NCBI GenBank assembly: GCA_030141605.1
Contig: JAQGDQ010000267.1
Coordinates: forward strand, 186,001 to 250,000
Direction: 5' to 3'
Source of the DNA: Tubiluchus corallicola
Lineage: Eukaryota > Animalia > Priapulida
DNA: 64,000 nt
In this document: one piece after another, positions 43,801 through 53,988 of the stretch
How positions within the stretch are numbered: position 1 is the stretch's first letter
Layout: each line of letters starts with the position of its first letter
Made by a program: the position numbers and the translations under genes
The notes under the pieces: generated by a model
What the model was told of the DNA's origin: nothing
The model's input: only the letters and a program-made list of their open reading frames with translations
Databases searched by the model: none

Positions 43801-46800
43801 GGAGTGTTTAGAACAAGACACATTAATTTCACTAACAAACATGATTTAGTATTTTAAATGGGAATTGTAACACTCACTGATTAGTTTGTTTATTTCAAGT
43901 GGATGTAGATTTCATAAATGCTGTTCAATGAAATGTGTGAAAGCATTTCTTGACTGTTCGTACATCCTATGTGTACAAAAGAAGTTTCACTAGGTAGACG
44001 TTTTGTATTACACTTGAGTGATTAAAATTTTGTTGCTATGAAGCAAGACTAAGTAATTAAACAATTTGTAAATGTGCATCGTGCAAGTCTTCTGATATGT
44101 TAATTGGAAGCTGTCTAAGTAATTTTCTGTTTTCTGAACAAGATCTGTTTAGCTATTTCCACTATTTTTATTCGCACGCTACTTAGAATTGCTTACAGCT
44201 AATTTTAAGTTTAGGTAGCACCTTCATTTAAAATACTTGTGCCGAGATTGACCCACCTTCACATTAGAATATCTGTAGGTTTGTAAATTAATTACGTGAT
44301 TCACGAACATGATGTTTGTCACTGGTATTTTGTTTTCAAGTCATAATGATTGGTTAATCTGTTAAGTTGTAGAAAAATTCGGCGAGGTCTTTGTTTTGCA
44401 GCTTACTGTTTATAGTTCACAACTATGCAAAATATTTCCAGGTGAAGGTTGGTAATCTGGTGTTCCTCGATCTTGGTACCATCTCATTTCTGAAGGTGGA
44501 GCAGCTGCGTGCATCTGGTCATGGTGCTGACGGTGGGTCCTGGGCTTGGATAATGGTAAGTGCAGTTTCCGAAATGGCTGTGACCTGTAAATGACTTTTG
44601 CATTCCAGTTCCTGGACTTTCTGTGCTATTCATTTTCATAATCATTAAACAGTGTGTCCTCAGGACATTCATTTGTGGATTTTCCTTGCTGCATTTTATT
44701 CCACATTATGTTAGCCATCTATTATAACATTTAAACAGATGGTATGGCTTCCATAAAAAATGAAATTAGATAAATCTTGAAACAAGACGTAAGCAGAATT
44801 CAAGTTTACAAAACACACTTCTTTGTTGTACTTAATATTATTTTTGCTTTTATATATTCTCAGCAGAAACATATTTACTCTGCCTTTTCTTGCTAGAACT
44901 GTGAAGTATTGTCATTCGATCGTTTTCCATTAACCTATCGATCCTTTTTGCCATTAATAAAGAACTAACACTGGTGCAGATCTCTTATGAATGAAATAAT
45001 GATTTTATTATACAGTCTTTTAAAGTACAGTTAGCCATTACAATATATGTGCAAGAAAGAAAAGACTTAAATCAGGGTTTTCGAGTTACCAAAATCTTGA
45101 TGTACTTTGTGAATTGTCGAGACGCCATTGGCCAATCGTCTGCATGACGTGCTCCACATCTCGTGATTCTAGCAAACATGTGCACAAATAGCATGCTGAC
45201 CCAGATGCTTGGTACCTGTGGTCCACCTGGTGAAATTTCTCTTGTATGAAGCCTTGCAGCGATTGCCTCATGTTTTTGCCGTCTGTGGTGCTGTAATCGG
45301 TAAAGAACTCATCTGATTGGTCACTCAACAACAGCTTCTCCAGTGTGTCCATTTTGTTGAGGACAAGCACCAGTTTAGCCTCTCCTAACCACTTTGTATA
45401 AGAGATCTCCTGGTAGAAGGCCAATGTTTCTTCAAATCTGTTGATGTATTCTGGGTTGCGAGGGTTTTGGTTGAAGCAGCTAGCATCTGCGAGGAAGATC
45501 ACTGCCAGAGCTTTCTCGAAATAATGAATGAACTTCCTCCAGTTTGTCTCCTGGTTGCCAATGACGACCAACCTCATTTTTAGTCCATTTTCGATGAAGT
45601 TGAACTCGTGGACTCCTAGAGAGAGGTCATGCTCGGATTTCAGGATGTCCTCGTCGGTTGGTACATAGCTTTCACTATGACCCACTAATCCGCTGACACG
45701 CTTCCAGAAGTAAGCCTCACTTTCATTGAATTTCGACATGTCTTCTTTTGAAGACCTTGGCAGTTCATTCCACAGCGTGACCAAATGACTCAGCAGTTTT
45801 TGCTCGTTATCGAACCTCGCTGGCATCTCGTAGCCGTCGTGGTTTCGTTGTCGTGTCGACACATACAGATGATTCACGGTTGGCGCGAGTGGTTTTGAAT
45901 CAAACTGCTTTCCCATCTCTTTCTTTAATGCAGTGTAGATGGTGCTGCATATACTAAACAGGTATTCTCGTCTCTGCTCTGTTTTCTGCTTGTATTGGTA
46001 GAGAATTTTGGCTTGCTTTAGTAGTGTTGCTTTACCTGACTCTGGTAGTCCAACTACGAGGATGTCCCACTACAAATAAATAAAAATGTTTTAACCAAAA
46101 TAGTTTTGTTTTGTGTATAAAATCAATGTTGTGTATAGCAAAATAAAATAATGTATACTTGCCCCTGGAAAGAGAAATCAAATTCACTGTAGATTCAATA
46201 CATAGAATCATGTATTGTAGCATTTTGTATATAGAATTAACAAGACAAAACATTAACAACACATAAAGGTATTGAGATATTATCATAATATAGGTACATT
46301 AAGATATGTTAAGAAATTCTCTATCCAGGTTTGTGATGCATCTCAGCACAAATGTACATGTCAAATGTTCGACTCCCACCTTGGTTGATCTTCAATATGT
46401 TCTTTAATATGACACCATATATTAAAGCACATTCACTACTGCTTTATGCCTAAAAGCAAACCTGGGTTCCTAACCATTCTTACGCATTTTGAACACTTTT
46501 GTTGCTAGCAGACATGACACGATCATAAAAATACATACTCTTTGCTCTGGAGGACTTCTGGTTGGCGACTTTGGGTTTTTGCTTTTATCCATGTCTTCCA
46601 CTTCTTAGTCTACATCTGCACTCCAAATTAACTGTTTCACTTTGTCATGTTATTTTGTCTGACGAAGAATCACTAAATGTAGCAAAGCACTGTGTAAATA
46701 ACCTGGCAAATTTATGATGTCTATACAAAACTGCTTTTCTCGTCGTGTTAGACTACCTAGTATTTTGTGCTTAGAATAGAGACAGGATGGATGTATAATG

Positions 46801-49800
46801 TAGTTGTATCTTCAGAACCTAAGAGCAGGAAGTTGGTCTCTCATTTCTACAGGGACACTTCCACTTTCACTTCCTGATTAGCCCAGTCACTTCAATAAGC
46901 TGTGCACATTCGTAAATAAAGTATCATTTAACTGACAAATTGTATACTTATGAAAAAAAGTGTTCTATATCTTAATAAAAACTACTTGTTATATTGCTTG
47001 TTTAACAATTTAGGCATTTAAAGATGTATCCTCATTAAAATTATGTAAAGGTAATTTGAAAAGTCGCTTTTAATGATTTTCTTTAATTTAATTTTTCACA
47101 GTTTGCTATAAACTTTCTCCTGAAATCTGAGGTGCATCTCAAGTTAAATGCTGTCAACTACCTCGTGTCTGTATAATGCAAAACTGTTATAGTACAGTAT
47201 GTACGCTGTTTTGTATGCAGGTGCCAAAAATAAAACCATATGTTTTGCATAATGTACTATAAAAAAGTGTTTGCAATACCTGTGCTGCCATGTAGAAAAT
47301 TTAGTTTTGATTTCATAGACACAGTGCATTAATAAATGATACATACTTTTGCCCAGCATCATAGGTTGATGATTAAACTCTGTTTGTCTTCATTCTAAAA
47401 TAATTTATTTTGTGGACATCTTATTTGATATATAACCTCAATTTGCCTATAATTAGGTCAAGTTAACAAAGGTGGCAGTACAGATGTGCAGGTTTGAAAA
47501 ATACATCTAATTTGACAGTAAAAATTCTATTAATTTTCATCATTTTTACCTTTTTCTAGGCGGCCCTGGTGGTTATCGTGATTGTTGCTTTACTTGGTGT
47601 GATGCTTTACATGAAGAAAAAGCACAAAGGTCCATTTCACCGGCCACCGATCAACCAGCCCAATGTCCGGTACACCACTGCATCCAGAATGGCGGATCAG
47701 GAGTATCAATTGGCCAACACGTCCCGTCAGTATTTACGAAATGGTACGCACTTTTCATATTCAATCAGCTGATGTAATACTGATCTTTTGTGCGAATAAC
47801 CACTAAACTTGTATCGAAAAATGTAATAATTAACGAAAAGTTTGTCATAACCGTCTGTATGAAATATAAAATGAGGAAAATGGTTAGAAAAGACATTAAT
47901 GTCATGAATATTAATGCATATCTGTTGATGGGTAAATTCTGTTCTTCACTTTCTCCGGATCGTAACATACACCAGACTCAGATATTTCTGTTGAGTATGC
48001 TGTGGTATTAGTGCTGTCGGTTGACCTTTTCTTCTTTTTCGCAGTCTACGATTCGGTACCCGAACAACGTCGTGATGCACAAGGTGCTTGTAGCGCAGAG
48101 TCAGATGAGGAGATGTGGCTCCTTCTACAGGATCAAAATATAGTGATTGATCGGCAGTTTCTGAAACTTGACTATGTCATTGGTCAAGGTAAGCTTACTG
48201 TTTACATACTTTAAGGCGACTACTTAAATACATGAACTGCATAAATGAGAATAAAAAGTGAGCTGGTATAGCTTAGTGGCAGAGTATGTTCACAATTTTG
48301 CACATTCAAAAAATTTATCGGCAGTTTTTCAAGTTCTTCATTTTTTGGTTACTCGTTTGTGATGTAAGCTTATAAGCAGATTTGTTTCGCCGTGAAGTCG
48401 TTTTGTTCTCGTGGTAGTTGTTCATGTAACAAGTCTTTAGCCAATTTGTTTATATTGTGACATCACAATAGAATAACTTCACTTTTCAAATTTTTGCTAT
48501 AAAATCAATTCTGCTACAACACTAAATGGTGTTCTGAACGGCATTAATGAAATGGATCCATGGTAACCATAAGTGTCATTCTAAACAACATATCCAGGCA
48601 GTTGGACAGAAAAAACTAAATAAGCGAGTAATCCTATTCTTTGCATATCAGAGTAGTTTTCTGGTCAACAAACCGAAAAGCTTATTAATACTTTTGACTA
48701 TTATTACACTATGAGATCATTGTTGACAAATATTAATCAGTTTATCTTGATTGTTTTTACAGGACATTTTGGCTGTGTTTATCGAGGATTGCTCTTGGAT
48801 AAAGCAGAAGAGCAGAGAGAAGTGGCTGTGAAGACGTTAAATAGTGAGTTTTGCACACTGTATATATGTCATTTTATAATGCCTTTCTTCAAGAGCACTT
48901 AGTTATTATTTACTGTCACATTGACTATGTGAGACATGAATGGTTTATAATCAGTATGTACTGCGCAAGGGATGGTATGTATGCGAAAAATGTCTAGTTT
49001 CTGATCAGTGATTTTCTCAATGGCAACTATTTATCTATTGTAAAATATTACGAGATTAATTTCTTCCGGCTCTTCTACAATCCTGATATTTTTGTCCTAA
49101 CTCCTGATATTATTTTCAGATCCCATGTCAGATGTAGATGATTCTGTTACGGCATTCCTCCGCGAGGGTCTAATGATGAAGGATTTCCGGCATGAAAACG
49201 TCCTTACCCTTATCGGTGTCTGTGTACCTCAAGAAAATGAGGGACCGATGGTCGTTCTGCCGTTTATGAAGCACGGTGACCTACTGTCTTATCTTCGGCA
49301 TTCAGACAATGTAAGTAGAATCAGTTTTTTGTACCAGTTTTTTCCTTTAGTAAGTGAAAAGAATTGAAGTTGAAATGAGTTCATTTGGGTGTGAAAACAT
49401 TTTAAAATATGAAGGATGTTACAAAGACCCACTAGAGTGCTGACTTTTGCCAACAAGTGCAAAATCTTCCAGTTGCCATTGCTGCACTCGAGTTTAACAA
49501 ACTTTTCACTGTCTCACACCCTTCTTTTGTGGTTTCGTGGAAATTCTTTAGTTTCTGGATAATCTTAACAAGCAAACAATTGGCAACGAAAGCATAACTT
49601 TCTTGATGGTACAATTCAAGCACAATGAAAATTGCACGAATATTGAAACACTTGGCATCATTGTGACAGCTAAAGTTTTAATATAATTGTACTGTAGTAA
49701 GCTGTTAAAAGAAGATTTACGATAGTCTGTGATAACAGTATATTTGATTTTTTACTTACTAGGGTTTAATCTAACTCTGTGAAATCTGTGTACATGTGCC

Positions 49801-51554
49801 TTTTCTTGCAGAATCCCACAGTACGAGATTTGCTAACGTTTGCTATTCAAATTGGGGCTGGCATGGCATATCTAGCCGATCTCAAGTTCGTACATCGAGA
49901 TCTAGCTGCCAGAAACTGCATGTAAGTTTAAGTAAGGTTTAATAAAACTACTACGCAATTAAGAGAAAGAAAAAATGAAAATTATATGGTAAAGATCAGT
50001 ACGATCAAAAATCAATATGGCAGCAGTCGTCCAAAAAAATTTGTCATTTTTTTGTCTTATACAATACAAGAATAATTTGTGTAATAAATGCCTCATTTTG
50101 GTTCACAGTGAAAAATATAAATTGTAGAGTTGAAGATTACAATTACTAAAAAGTGAACAAAATTTTAACTTTGTTATGTTTCTGTTTCTGTAGAAAACTC
50201 CCAATGCTATAATTTAATATTTCAAAATTTTTTATCTGCATTAGCTGATTTAAAGCCGGTACCCAGCTTGCTGTGAGTTTTTGCTGTGCTGTAAAGCAGA
50301 TTTTTATTTTAGGTTGGATGAACATCTCGTTGTTAAGGTAGCAGATTTTGGTCTGTCACGGGACATCTACGAACGTGACTACTATAGTGCCAAGGACAAG
50401 AATGCCAAGCTACCCGTTAAGTGGATGGCCATAGAGAGTCTGGAGAAGGGAACTTACAATTCAAAAACTGACGTGGTGTGTATGACCTCTTACTTTCAAA
50501 TTATGTTTTCACAGTCAAAAACTGATTTATTCAAATATTTAGTTCTGGTTTATCATTTTAAATCTGTAAAAAAAGTATTATAGTGCTGTAACCTGTTCTA
50601 AATCAGTATTTAGCTCTTTGTGCTTCGGAAGCGATACTTCATTATCCGCATTAAAATTTTGCCAAAGTTGGGATTTGCTTATCCGTGTTTTTGCATAACT
50701 GTTATTTGTGTACATACACAGTTTGGAGTAAGCAGACTATTCACATACTCAGTGTAATGTGGGACTAGATGAACACCACGTGAATTGAATTGCTTAGCAG
50801 ATTTGCACAATTTGAATTTAGTTGAGATGGTTGGAATTTTAAGCATGTTACTCTAAACATGTGTTACTATAATTGCTGTGTTGAATTGGTCTCCATTTAC
50901 AAAATGTGAACGTTTGTAGGTGTTATATTTGAATATTTCATGCTGTACTTGTAATTGTTATTGATTTTCCTGATTTATATTTTATCATAGTGGTCATACG
51001 GCGTGGTACTTTGGGAGTTGATGACACGTGGAGTTTGTCCGTATCCTGATGTCGATAACTGGGACATTTTGGCCTACCTAAAATGCGGTCGTCGAATGCC
51101 AAAGCCGAATGATTACTGTCCATCTATAGTGTGAGTATTCGAAAAGAATTTCTGAGAATGGTGGCATTTGGGACAAAGACATTGTTGAACCTTATTCTGT
51201 AGGATTTTCTTTGTTTCTTGAAGTTAACAAGGATTGTGTTTTGAGACTGTGTTCTGTTTTAGCTATAGTACGTTTCGTGATTTTACTTACTATTTTCTGG
51301 TAGGTATATTGTAATGTTCTTCTTACACTTCCATTTCTTTTAGGTACAACATAATGTTGCGATGCTGGTCTGTTAACGCTAATGATCGTCCATCGTTCCA
51401 CGACATGGTGGCTGAAATTGAATCATTTCTAGAGCGTGCCGGTCATCAACAACGACCCGACCCGTCCTCTGTACAGTACATTAACATACAGCAGACAGAG
51501 TCATCTGGTGGCAGCTTGGAGCGACCAGATGATGAGGCAAGCACACCTGTGTAA
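18435..51554 (+). CDS. MET: MET/RON-family (hepatocyte growth factor receptor-like) receptor tyrosine kinase; 21 coding exons, 3996 nt, about 1331 aa
   Basis: Signal peptide, Sema domain, PSI ([15 protein letters not shown]), four IPT/TIG repeats, TM, and kinase with [48 protein letters not shown] and [14 protein letters not shown]. All exons join in frame at GT-AG sites. Confidence 0.95.
19611..19916 (+). CDS. MET: MET-like coding exon 2 (Sema)
   Basis: ttgcag / gtaagt; [15 protein letters not shown]...[14 protein letters not shown]. Confidence 0.92.
20534..20713 (+). CDS. MET: MET-like coding exon 3 (Sema)
   Basis: ctatag / gtaagt; [10 protein letters not shown]...[11 protein letters not shown]. 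Confidence 0.9.
26697..26840 (-). mobile_element. Probable 3' end of a non-LTR retrotransposon (stem-loop, AATAAA, (TTCATAG)n tail)
   Basis: Nested inverted repeat AGGTGAGTGT..GACC ATAC GGTC..ACACTCACCT. On the minus strand it is followed by AATAAA and 3-4 copies of a 7-nt repeat, a layout typical of CR1/L2-group LINE tails. Confidence 0.5.
26905..27163. repeat. Three tandem copies of a roughly 90-bp AT-rich unit
   Basis: ACATAATATG(G/T)AATTACGATTTTGAT recurs at 26911, 27002 and 27092. Confidence 0.9.
30308..30510. repeat. Compound (CT)n/(CCCT)n microsatellite
   Basis: Direct inspection. Confidence 0.9.
32878..33090. repeat. Tandem duplication of a 107-bp unit (2 copies)
   Basis: TAGTAAATGGATTGG...TATTTCTGTTGATTCT starts at 32878 and at 32985. 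Confidence 0.9.
34746..34905. repeat. (CT)n microsatellite
   Basis: Direct inspection. Confidence 0.9.
36768..36899 (+). CDS. MET: MET-like coding exon 4 (end of Sema)
   Basis: tttag / gtatca; [19 protein letters not shown]...HLYLLSNDK; phase 0-0. Confidence 0.88.
37451..37615 (+). CDS. MET: MET-like coding exon 5 (PSI domain)
   Basis: ttgcag / gtatgc; cysteine pattern of a PSI domain. Confidence 0.92.
39138..39277 (+). CDS. MET: MET-like coding exon 6 (IPT1)
   Basis: [22 protein letters not shown]; tctag / gtatgt. Confidence 0.9.
39672..39807 (+). CDS. MET: MET-like coding exon 7 (IPT1)
   Basis: IWCRTSKS...HLFRYA; ttcag / gtaagt; phase-compatible. Confidence 0.88.
40767..40903 (+). CDS. 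MET: MET-like coding exon 8 (IPT2)
   Basis: [24 protein letters not shown]; ttacag / gtgaat. Confidence 0.9.
41014..41275. repeat. Large imperfect inverted repeat (fold-back/MITE-like) in a MET intron
   Basis: The arm TGTTGTCTTGATAGTGCTTGCAAACAGAAACA pairs with TGTTTCTGTTTGCAAGCACTATTAAGACAACA; central palindrome ACCATCTGCAGATGGT. Confidence 0.85.
41599..41763 (+). CDS. MET: MET-like coding exon 9 (IPT2/3)
   Basis: VQCSTS...[19 protein letters not shown]; atacag / gtacgt. Confidence 0.9.
42028..42121 (+). CDS. MET: MET-like coding exon 10 (IPT3)
   Basis: [20 protein letters not shown]; ttcag / gtatgt. Confidence 0.9.
42947..43204 (+). CDS. MET: MET-like coding exon 11 (IPT3/4)
   Basis: MVCPAP...FIMDGV...FLYYPNPDF; tttag / gtattg. 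Confidence 0.9.
43553..43708 (+). CDS. MET: MET-like coding exon 12 (IPT4)
   Basis: GNNLDLG...[12 protein letters not shown]...VYCMPP; ttcag / gtaatc. Confidence 0.9.
44442..44555 (+). CDS. MET: MET-like coding exon 13 (end of IPT4, start of TM)
   Basis: [16 protein letters not shown]...SWAWIM; tccag / gtaagt. Confidence 0.88.
45004..45009 (-). promoter_or_regulatory. Candidate polyadenylation signal of the nested G-alpha-like gene
   Basis: AATAAA on the minus strand about 77 nt after the stop codon. Confidence 0.45.
45086..46592 (-). CDS. Divergent heterotrimeric G-protein alpha subunit-like protein (probable pseudo-GTPase), nested antisense in the MET intron; exons 46592-46539 and 46069-45086; about 345 aa
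   Basis: Exon 1 [18 protein letters not shown] (donor gtatgt) joins in phase 0 to exon 2 (acceptor tttgtag): [23 protein letters not shown]...YVPTDEDIL...[14 protein letters not shown]...NRFEETL...LVLNKMD...TC. The G-alpha motifs occur in the correct order and spacing. Confidence 0.88.
47560..47743 (+). CDS. MET: MET-like coding exon 14 (TM plus juxtamembrane)
   Basis: [18 protein letters not shown] followed by the KKKHK stop-transfer; ttctag / gtacgc. Confidence 0.9.
48045..48188 (+). CDS. MET: MET-like coding exon 15 (juxtamembrane to kinase start)
   Basis: ...[10 protein letters not shown]; tcgcag / gtaagc. Confidence 0.9.
48763..48843 (+). CDS. MET: MET-like coding exon 16 (kinase Gly loop, VAVK)
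   Basis: HFGCVYRG...VAVKTLN; tacag / gtgagt. Confidence 0.93.
49120..49310 (+). CDS. MET: MET-like coding exon 17 (kinase)
   Basis: [23 protein letters not shown]...PFMKHGDL; ttcag / gtaagt. Confidence 0.93.
49812..49921 (+). CDS. MET: MET-like coding exon 18 (catalytic loop)
   Basis: NPTVRDLL...[11 protein letters not shown]; ttgcag / gtaagt. Confidence 0.95.
50313..50475 (+). CDS. MET: MET-like coding exon 19 (activation loop)
   Basis: [19 protein letters not shown]...[11 protein letters not shown]...KTDV. Confidence 0.95.
50991..51130 (+). CDS. MET: MET-like coding exon 20
   Basis: [21 protein letters not shown]...; catag / gtgagt. Confidence 0.93.
51344..51554 (+). CDS. MET: MET-like coding exon 21 (kinase end and C-terminal docking tail)
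   Basis: YNIMLRCW...RPSF...VQYINIQQ...STPV*. Confidence 0.92.
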
Positions 51555-53988
51555 CTTGTGACTTAAATGTGTCAATTTGACTACTCGGTGCAGACTTGTA
51601 CGAATACCGGTGAAGTGCCTCAAATTTTTTATCTGACAACAATTGCTCACTGCATTGGCATGGTGCTATTACAATTGCTTGAGAATATTTCTAGATTTTG
51701 TTCCTATCTGTCTTCGTCACACTCAATTTTTTTTATGTAAGGTAAACCTTTTTTGGCAGTGGTTGCCATCACATTAATCGTAACCACTTGCCAACGTCAC
51801 AATGAAAGGCATTGCTTCTTCCCATGTGCGTGTATCTGAACCTGAACACATTAGTGCCTATATATTGTCATAGTGACTGAAAGTTGTATAAATTTTTGTA
51901 TTTGAAATTGTGAAATACCTGCAGTGCCAGCTGCTTAAGATTCTGGCAAAAGTTGTGCGAATTTGGAGTAGTTACTAGTTTAGTTAATGGTGCTATAATC
52001 AAGCAACTGCCTCGCGTTGCCTTATGTGCCAGTATCCGCTTTTGTGTGCCAGTAAGGATTTCCCATCTTGCCACTAGATCGTTGTGATCTCACTGATGCA
52101 GATTGTTTGGTGAAGAACCTCATTCATAAGGAACATTGGTTGCATCATTAATTGTTGAACTAAGGAAACATATTTTGTAAATTTTGCCGTTGTTTGTAAA
52201 AAGTGGTAGGTACTTTCTAGTTGCGTATATGTAATTCGTGTGCAATGTTGCACATGTTATTCAGATGTATTATACATGACTATTGTATATTTTTGATACA
52301 TGTGAATGATGCTACTGGTGGTCGTTTTTAGTGATTTAAAAATCTGTGTTTTAAACTCTGCCAGTTGTATAGCAGGTATGGATCCTGCTGAATGTAGTGC
52401 CTATGTTTTTATTATCAATTTCTTTTACTACTTTTTCACATGACAGTTACCATAACTTGTGCCTATCTCTTGTAATTTCTTATTCATTTGGGTATTTTTA
52501 GTATTATTTTTTTATTTCTTCTGACTGTTAGCACTACAATTTGTAGGCTATCAGCATTTCAAAATGAAATTATTGTTATTATACAATATGTAGTGAGAAG
52601 CATGTATGTGTATTGCTAAAAATACACAAGTCGCTAGGTATATGGTCCTCAATGAAATTTTACTTTTGGTTTTGGACAACCTGTTGTCTCTTATAGTTTT
52701 AATGATTTTACTACTGTTCTGTTTAGACTTTTAAATTAGTTTTATACACAGGTGTCAACATCAAGTTTTTGAGTATTAGTTGTATCAAGCTGCACACATT
52801 TTGCCGAGGCAGTATTTTGTTATTTCTTTATCTATTGATGTATTCAAATTTAAATTCATAGAAGTTAAAATTGCCACTAAACTTGAAATCTAGTGGCGCT
52901 TTTGAGTGTGTTTTCAGACCTAATAATATAATTAATTTTGTACATAGTGCGAAAATATATGTATAAAGAACTTAATGGGCATGTAATTTATGATTATATT
53001 TAACCAAAGTAATTTAAATGAAGTAGTTGAGGCTAAGTTTGTAAGCCATTAAGGCAGAGTGCCAAAGGCAGTTAGTTTTTACTTTTGAGAGAAACTACTC
53101 CATGATTCTCATTGTTTCTTTCAACATTACAATGTTGCAACATCATTGATACACCAGATGAAGTTTTTGTTGGCAGTTTTTATTATTTTTATAAAGTACT
53201 TTTATGGATAGATAGAGGTTTTGGTGGAAAACCATGTCCACCCCTAATGTTGCAGTTGCAAATTGAACATTTTGTATATTGTTTTTATGTTAATGATCGC
53301 ATTTGCGAGTTTGAGAGTCAAAGTCAGATCAGACTCCACTGTATTTATAATCATGCTGAAGGTAGATTTTGCACAAAGTTTGTTGTAAAGACTTGCCTTG
53401 TTTATTAATTTTCTAGCTTAGAAGCATTTTATGACATCTGCCTAGTGGCAGTCGAGGTGATATTATAAGATCAAAATCTGTTTTTGTTGTAAACTTTTAT
53501 ACTCTTTTTTTGTACAAATGATAAGAGAAATAAACAGTAAGTTTTGTTTGTATATGATTTTGCTAGTTTGTTAATCACACTTGGCACATTTGAAAAAAAT
53601 CTCTGGTCCACATAGAGACTGTTTTCAAGAAATTGCAGTGAACGAGCTTGGGATGAAGCATTAGCTGTATACACTGATAATAATAACAGAATTTTGCCCT
53701 AATGAAATAAGCACCTACAGAATTATATATGCAACTATAGAATTACATGTTCAGTCTGTCTGTCTGTCACTATTTTTCTTGACAATGTCTATGACTATGA
53801 GTATGTGAACAGTGGGTGGAATACTAGTCAAAGTCAAAGCCCATTTTTTGAGTAAATCGGCACACTTGAATTTTTTTTACAATTTTTAAAGTATTTAGGG
53901 ATAAACTGTAAAATGAAATCATGCACATGGCACGAGCAGTCAGTCATGACGGAAAAATCCTTTTAAGCTTTGCTGGCGATTTAGCTTA

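Noticed and set aside
18435-44555. Calling the ectodomain exons a plexin gene
   Set aside because: They splice in frame through the TM into a MET-type tyrosine kinase; there is only one PSI domain and no plexin GAP domain.
45086-45916. ORF-track start MGKQF as a myristoylated G-alpha N-terminus
   Set aside because: The frame stays open upstream through the P-loop to a splice acceptor at 46070, so this Met is internal.
48045-48188. 144-nt symmetric exon as an equivalent of human MET exon-14 skipping
   Set aside because: It includes the first kinase strand (VIGQG), so it corresponds to human exon 15; skipping it would damage the kinase.
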